The notes beneath the pieces are model-generated. The model made no database searches. It was not told the origin of the DNA and saw only the letters and a list, made by a program, of their open reading frames with translations. From positions 83,057 through 147,056 of the forward strand of contig JBCCHT010000032.1 of assembly GCA_039028615.1 (NCBI GenBank): 64,000 nt of DNA, given 5' to 3'. Below are positions 59,811 to 64,000 of this stretch, one piece after another. The DNA comes from Myxococcota bacterium (GTDB lineage Bacteria > Myxococcota_A > Polyangia > Nannocystales > Nannocystaceae). The first letter of the stretch is position 1. The number at the start of each line of letters is the position of its first letter. The position numbers and the translations under genes are program-made.

Positions 59811-60713
59811 ATGGACTGGCGCTCCGTAAAGTTCGATTGGAATCGGGCGCGAGCGTTTCTGGTCACCGCCGAGGAGGGCTCGCTGTCGGCGGCGGCACGG
59901 GCCTTGGGCATGACCCAGCCGACCCTGGGGCGCCAAGTCGAAGCACTGCAGCAGGAGCTCGGCGTCGTGCTCTTCGAGCGCAGCGGTCGCGGGCTGACCC
60001 TGACGCCGAGCGGGCTCGAGCTGGTCGAGCACGTCCGGGCGATGGGAGAGGCGGCGAGCCGGGTGTCGCTGGCGGCCTCGGGCCAGTCGCAGTCGGTCGA
60101 GGGGACGGTGTGCATCACCTCGAGCGAGGCCATTGCCGCCTACCTGCTGCCGCCCATCATCGCCGAGCTTCGCCGTACGCATCCCGGGATCGAGCTCGAG
60201 ATTTCTGCCTCCAATAGTGCCCTCGATCTGCGGAAGCGCGAGGCGGACATCGCCATCCGCAACTTTCGACCGAAGCAGCCCGATCTGGTCTCGAAGAAGG
60301 TCCGGGAGACGCCGGTCTGGCTCTACGCCACGCCCGAGTATCTCGAGCACATCGGCAACCCCACGCGCCCCGAAGACCTGTCGCGCGCCGAGTTCGTGGC
60401 CCTCGATCGCTCCGACGCGCTGCTCGACGGGCTCAATGCGCTGGGGCTGAGCCTCACGCCGGCCAACTTCCCCGTGATGACCGAAAACCACCTGGTGGCG
60501 TGGGAGCTGGTCAAGCAGGGGGTGCTCGTCGGCATCATGTCCGAGGACATCGGGGATGCCGTGCCCGGCCTGCAACGCGCCCTGCCCGGGCTGCCTCCGA
60601 TCATGGTGCCGATCTGGCTGACCACGCATCGCGAGGTAAAGACCAGCCGGAGGATCCGCCTGGTCTTCGACCTGCTGGCGGACGCGCTGGCCCTCCCCGC
60701 ACCGAACGGCTGA
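59811..60713 (+). CDS. LysR family transcriptional regulator
   Basis: GSLSAAARALGMTQPTLGRQ...LFER HTH; READIAIR. Confidence 0.95.
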   Translation: MDWRSVKFDWNRARAFLVTAEEGSLSAAARALGMTQPTLGRQVEALQQELGVVLFERSGRGLTLTPSGLELVEHVRAMGEAASRVSLAASGQSQSVEGTVCITSSEAIAAYLLPPIIAELRRTHPGIELEISASNSALDLRKREADIAIRNFRPKQPDLVSKKVRETPVWLYATPEYLEHIGNPTRPEDLSRAEFVALDRSDALLDGLNALGLSLTPANFPVMTENHLVAWELVKQGVLVGIMSEDIGDAVPGLQRALPGLPPIMVPIWLTTHREVKTSRRIRLVFDLLADALALPAPNG

Positions 60714-60728
60714 CGGCCGCGACGGCGC

Positions 60729-62243
60729 TCAGTCGTCCGTGTCCGAGGCTTTGGCCGCACGGAGCCCGAGCACGGTCGCGCCGACGAGGGCGGCCCCGCC
60801 GGGAACCGAGTCCTCGGTCGAGCATCCGCACCCGGTCAGGCCGCCGTCGTCATCCAGTCGCACCCCCTTGCCGGGCGTGGGCTCGGGCTCGGGGGGCTCG
60901 ATGGCGGCGCGTCCGGTGTCGTCGGTGAGCCCATCGTCGAGCCCCGTCTCGTCGCCTGTCTCGGGCTCGGGCTCGGGGCACTCGGTGAAGGGCCCGGTGA
61001 CCACCAGGCTGATGCCCTCGTGCTGGAGGTTGAGGAACATCGCGCGCCCGTCGGGGGAGAAGCAGACGCCGGCCACCTCCCCGCTGCTCATCGCGTTGCG
61101 GGCGAAGTCCACCACTTGGCCGTGGTCGTCGATGGCCCGGATGTACTGGTCGCCGACCCCGTCCTCGGCGATGAAGACCTGGCCCCAGGGAGCGACGGTG
61201 ATGTTGTCGGGGTGGTCGAGGCCATCGGCGTCCTCGGCTTGCGCGATGAGCTCGAGGATCCCGCCGTCGGGGCCGTCGACGAGGCGGAAGATCTGCCCGC
61301 GGTAGGCGGGACCGCCACTGGTCGACGCGATGTACACCGAGTCGTCGAAGTGCCACAGGCCCTCGCCCCGGGAGATGGTGGCCGCGCCCATGCTCGCCGC
61401 CTGGCCGCGCAGCGTGTCGGTGAGCGGCGCGGGGTTGGCAATGTCGACCCACTCGATCTCGAGAATCTGCCCGACATACATACCGGAGGAGGTGTCGGCG
61501 TTGGGAAACCCGACCACGCGCATGGCCTGCAGCGTGCCTTCGAAGGGGTCGTTTTCGGGGTCCTTGGGGACGAAGCGATAGAACGCGCCGTTGGGCTGAT
61601 CCTCGGTGAGGTAGCAGTACGAGGTCTCGGGGTCGACGGCCGCGGCTTCGTGGCGGAAGCGGCCGTAGCCGGGGATGCGCTGCGGCGTGGCCACGCTGGA
61701 GGCCTGGGTCGAGCACAGGAACACGAAGCCGTGGTCGAGCTGCACCGTCTCCTCGCAGCTGAGCCAGCCCCAGGGGCTCGGCCCGCCCGCGCAGTTGCGG
61801 ACGGTGCCCGTGAGCACCAGGTTGCTGGAGATGCGGCTGAAGTCCTCGGCGTCGAGCACGATGCGCGTGACCCCGCCGAACGCGAGCGGGTCGTAGGCCT
61901 CGGGGGGCGCCTCGTCGTGGCCGTAGGCGCCGTTGTTGGCGTCACCCGTGCCGACCTCGTGGTTGCGCATCACGACCAGCGTGCCCGGCTCGCCTTCGAA
62001 GCACGCCATGCCATCGGGCTTACCGGGCACGAGGTAGCCGTCGTCCATCGTCTGCCCCGCTTCGTCGATGATGCGATACGAGAAGCCGGGCGGGAGGTCG
62101 AGGATCTGGTCGGGATCGGGGACCAGCTCTCCCCAGCCCTCGGCGCGGGCGCCACGGGACCATAGGGCGGAAAAGGGCAACGCGAGTCCGGCCACGGCGA
62201 TGGAGCCGCGGGCGAGAAAACTGCGTCGTCCCAGAGAGGGCAC
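60729..62243 (-). CDS. PhoX-family (DUF839) alkaline phosphatase, Tat-exported, with MYXO-CTERM-like tail
   Basis: RRSFL Tat motif; RNHE, NCAGG..PWG.WLSCEE, GRFRHEA, PDN, NLQH; C-terminal GCGC plus hydrophobic segment. Confidence 0.88.
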   Translation of the reverse strand: MPSLGRRSFLARGSIAVAGLALPFSALWSRGARAEGWGELVPDPDQILDLPPGFSYRIIDEAGQTMDDGYLVPGKPDGMACFEGEPGTLVVMRNHEVGTGDANNGAYGHDEAPPEAYDPLAFGGVTRIVLDAEDFSRISSNLVLTGTVRNCAGGPSPWGWLSCEETVQLDHGFVFLCSTQASSVATPQRIPGYGRFRHEAAAVDPETSYCYLTEDQPNGAFYRFVPKDPENDPFEGTLQAMRVVGFPNADTSSGMYVGQILEIEWVDIANPAPLTDTLRGQAASMGAATISRGEGLWHFDDSVYIASTSGGPAYRGQIFRLVDGPDGGILELIAQAEDADGLDHPDNITVAPWGQVFIAEDGVGDQYIRAIDDHGQVVDFARNAMSSGEVAGVCFSPDGRAMFLNLQHEGISLVVTGPFTECPEPEPETGDETGLDDGLTDDTGRAAIEPPEPEPTPGKGVRLDDDGGLTGCGCSTEDSVPGGAALVGATVLGLRAAKASDTDD

Positions 62244-62412
62244 GGTCCGAACATCGTGGCGGCCTGCCCGTCGCTTGGCAAGCGTGCTCGGTTTGCGTCG
62301 CGGGAGCGCGATCGTTTGTTCTCAGCGAGACGGTCGCTACTTCGGTTGCGCACCCTGGCGCCTCGGGGACGAATTCGGCGCCCGATGACGCTCGGTGCCG
62401 CTTGGGCGTACC

Positions 62413-64000
62413 ATGGCGAGCGTGGAGGGTACGCGGTGCTCATTGGTGGTGGCCCTAGTTTGCGTTGCTTGTGGAGATTCGCCGACGGAGGTGGTTGGCG
62501 GGGACTCGGGCACGAGCACGAGCACCGCGGCCACGTCCAGCTCGGTCCCCGGGGTGCAGACCGGCGATGAGACCGGGGGCGAAGGCACGGGATCGGACGG
62601 GGCCGACTCGACGGGGGGAGACTCGGACACGGGCCTGACCACCGCGGCGGAGACCACGACCGGCGAGCCGCCCCACGAGACCAACTGGGACCTGTGCGAC
62701 ATCACGGTCGAGTGCGACCTGCCGATCGTCGACGAGCCCAAGCGGAGCTGCCACCTGACGGTCACCGAGGGCGACGGCTACGTCGTGTACGACGGCGAGG
62801 CCGGGTTCGAGACGCGCGGGCGCTCGTCGCAGGGCTGGCCCAAGCACCAGTACGCGGTCGAGCTGTGGCAGACGCCGAACATCGAGTTCGTCGCCCCCGG
62901 CTCGGTGTGGCGCTACAACGACGGGCCGAGCGCGGGCGGAGCCGACTGGATGAGCCCGAGCTTCGACGACAGCGCGTGGGCCCAAGGCTCGGCGCCGCTG
63001 GGGTATGGCGTCATGGGTCCGCAGTGGCAGAGCGGCGGGGAGCCGTGGGCGACCTCGGGGCAGATCGCGAACGCCACCACCATCGGCTTTGGTCCCAGCG
63101 CCACGAACAAGTACATCACCACGTGGTTCCGCCAGGAGTTCGAGGTCGAGTCCGTGGCGGGGCTGGACCCGGTGGTCTTGAACGTGCGGGGCGACGACGG
63201 GCTGGTGGTCTACATCAACGGCGCCGAGGCGGTTCGCTTCAACATGCCCTCGGGGCCCATCGATGCCGCCACGCTGGCGGCGTCCACCATCGAGAGCCTC
63301 GAAGAGGTCGAGTTCTCCGGCTTTCCCATCGATCCGAGCATGCTGGTCCAGGGCACCAACGTCGTCGCGGTCGAGGTGCACCAGATCGCGCCGAACTCCT
63401 CCGACAAGGTGCTCGATCTGTCGCTGTCCACCAAGCCCGCCGACGCGGCGACCAACTTCTACGAGTTCGGTCGCGAGGAGGACTGGGTCTTCAACGGCAT
63501 GTACTTCGACCTGTCGCTGTACCGCAACAAGTTCGCCTACGACCTGTTCCAGTCCTTCGACGCCGAGGCCAACTACGGCCCGCAGTCACACTACTGTCAG
63601 CTGACCCTCAACGGCGACTGGCGCGGCATCTACACGCTGGGAGAGAAGATCAAGCGCGACGATGACCGCGTGGACATCGTGGCCGAGATGGGGGCGGGCG
63701 AGTCCTTCATCTTCAAGAGCGACATCACCCAGCGCTGGGTCGTGACCAACGGGGTGGGGTGGCAGCTGGAGTACCCCAGCGAGCACGGCATGTCCGAGTC
63801 GACCGCGGCGGGGCTCAACGAGTTCATGGCCGGCTTCTCCGACGCCACCGAGGGCATCGGCAACATCTGGGACTACGTCGACATGCCCAGCGTGGTCGAC
63901 TGGGTCCTGCTGCAGGAGTTTGCGCGCAACGGTGATGCCTACTCCTCGAGCATGCACATCTATCGCAACGGCGGCGGCCTCATTCACTTCGTGCCCTGGG
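62413..64000 (+). CDS. CotH kinase family lipoprotein, 3'-truncated by the window edge (absent from the ORF track)
   Basis: Frame 1 from the ATG at 62413: VCVAC lipobox, RGRSSQGWPK..Y, DWVF..MYFD.SLYRN, NGDWRGIYTLGEKI, NGD, VPW. Confidence 0.88.
   Translation, partial: MASVEGTRCSLVVALVCVACGDSPTEVVGGDSGTSTSTAATSSSVPGVQTGDETGGEGTGSDGADSTGGDSDTGLTTAAETTTGEPPHETNWDLCDITVECDLPIVDEPKRSCHLTVTEGDGYVVYDGEAGFETRGRSSQGWPKHQYAVELWQTPNIEFVAPGSVWRYNDGPSAGGADWMSPSFDDSAWAQGSAPLGYGVMGPQWQSGGEPWATSGQIANATTIGFGPSATNKYITTWFRQEFEVESVAGLDPVVLNVRGDDGLVVYINGAEAVRFNMPSGPIDAATLAASTIESLEEVEFSGFPIDPSMLVQGTNVVAVEVHQIAPNSSDKVLDLSLSTKPADAATNFYEFGREEDWVFNGMYFDLSLYRNKFAYDLFQSFDAEANYGPQSHYCQLTLNGDWRGIYTLGEKIKRDDDRVDIVAEMGAGESFIFKSDITQRWVVTNGVGWQLEYPSEHGMSESTAAGLNEFMAGFSDATEGIGNIWDYVDMPSVVDWVLLQEFARNGDAYSSSMHIYRNGGGLIHFVPW

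Noticed and set aside
62694..63665. 323 aa plus-strand ORF
   Set aside because: Wrong frame; the real CDS is the frame-1 CotH gene running off the window.

Overview
High-GC (roughly 70% by eye) chromosomal window that looks like Myxococcota, probably Nannocystaceae-like. The assignment is inferred from Myxococcus Cys-rich repeats, a MYXO-CTERM-like tail, Ser/Thr kinase-TPR receptors and many lipoproteins with S/T/G/D-rich linkers. About 45 CDS can be supported: an orphan RND permease operon, an aldehyde dehydrogenase / glutamine-synthetase-like / Fe-ADH gamma-glutamylation cluster, three complete Ser/Thr kinase-TPR genes plus a TPR fragment, two ECF sigma factors, a hybrid histidine kinase, LysR, a PilZ/J-like protein, a GT-C-like plus acyltransferase pair and about a dozen surface lipoproteins. 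I found no tRNA, rRNA, CRISPR array or mobile element. The most notable candidate system is an ECF sigma factor coupled to a membrane-anchored beta-lactamase-fold protein whose three catalytic motifs are all substituted, suggesting a pseudo-enzyme anti-sigma sensor. Other oddities are a kinase whose only in-frame ATG is followed directly by TAG, a CotH kinase with an inserted domain divergent from a PhoX phosphatase, a three-repeat Cys-domain lipoprotein and two intergenic rod-like RNA structures. All calls come from motif recognition by eye; no searches were run.
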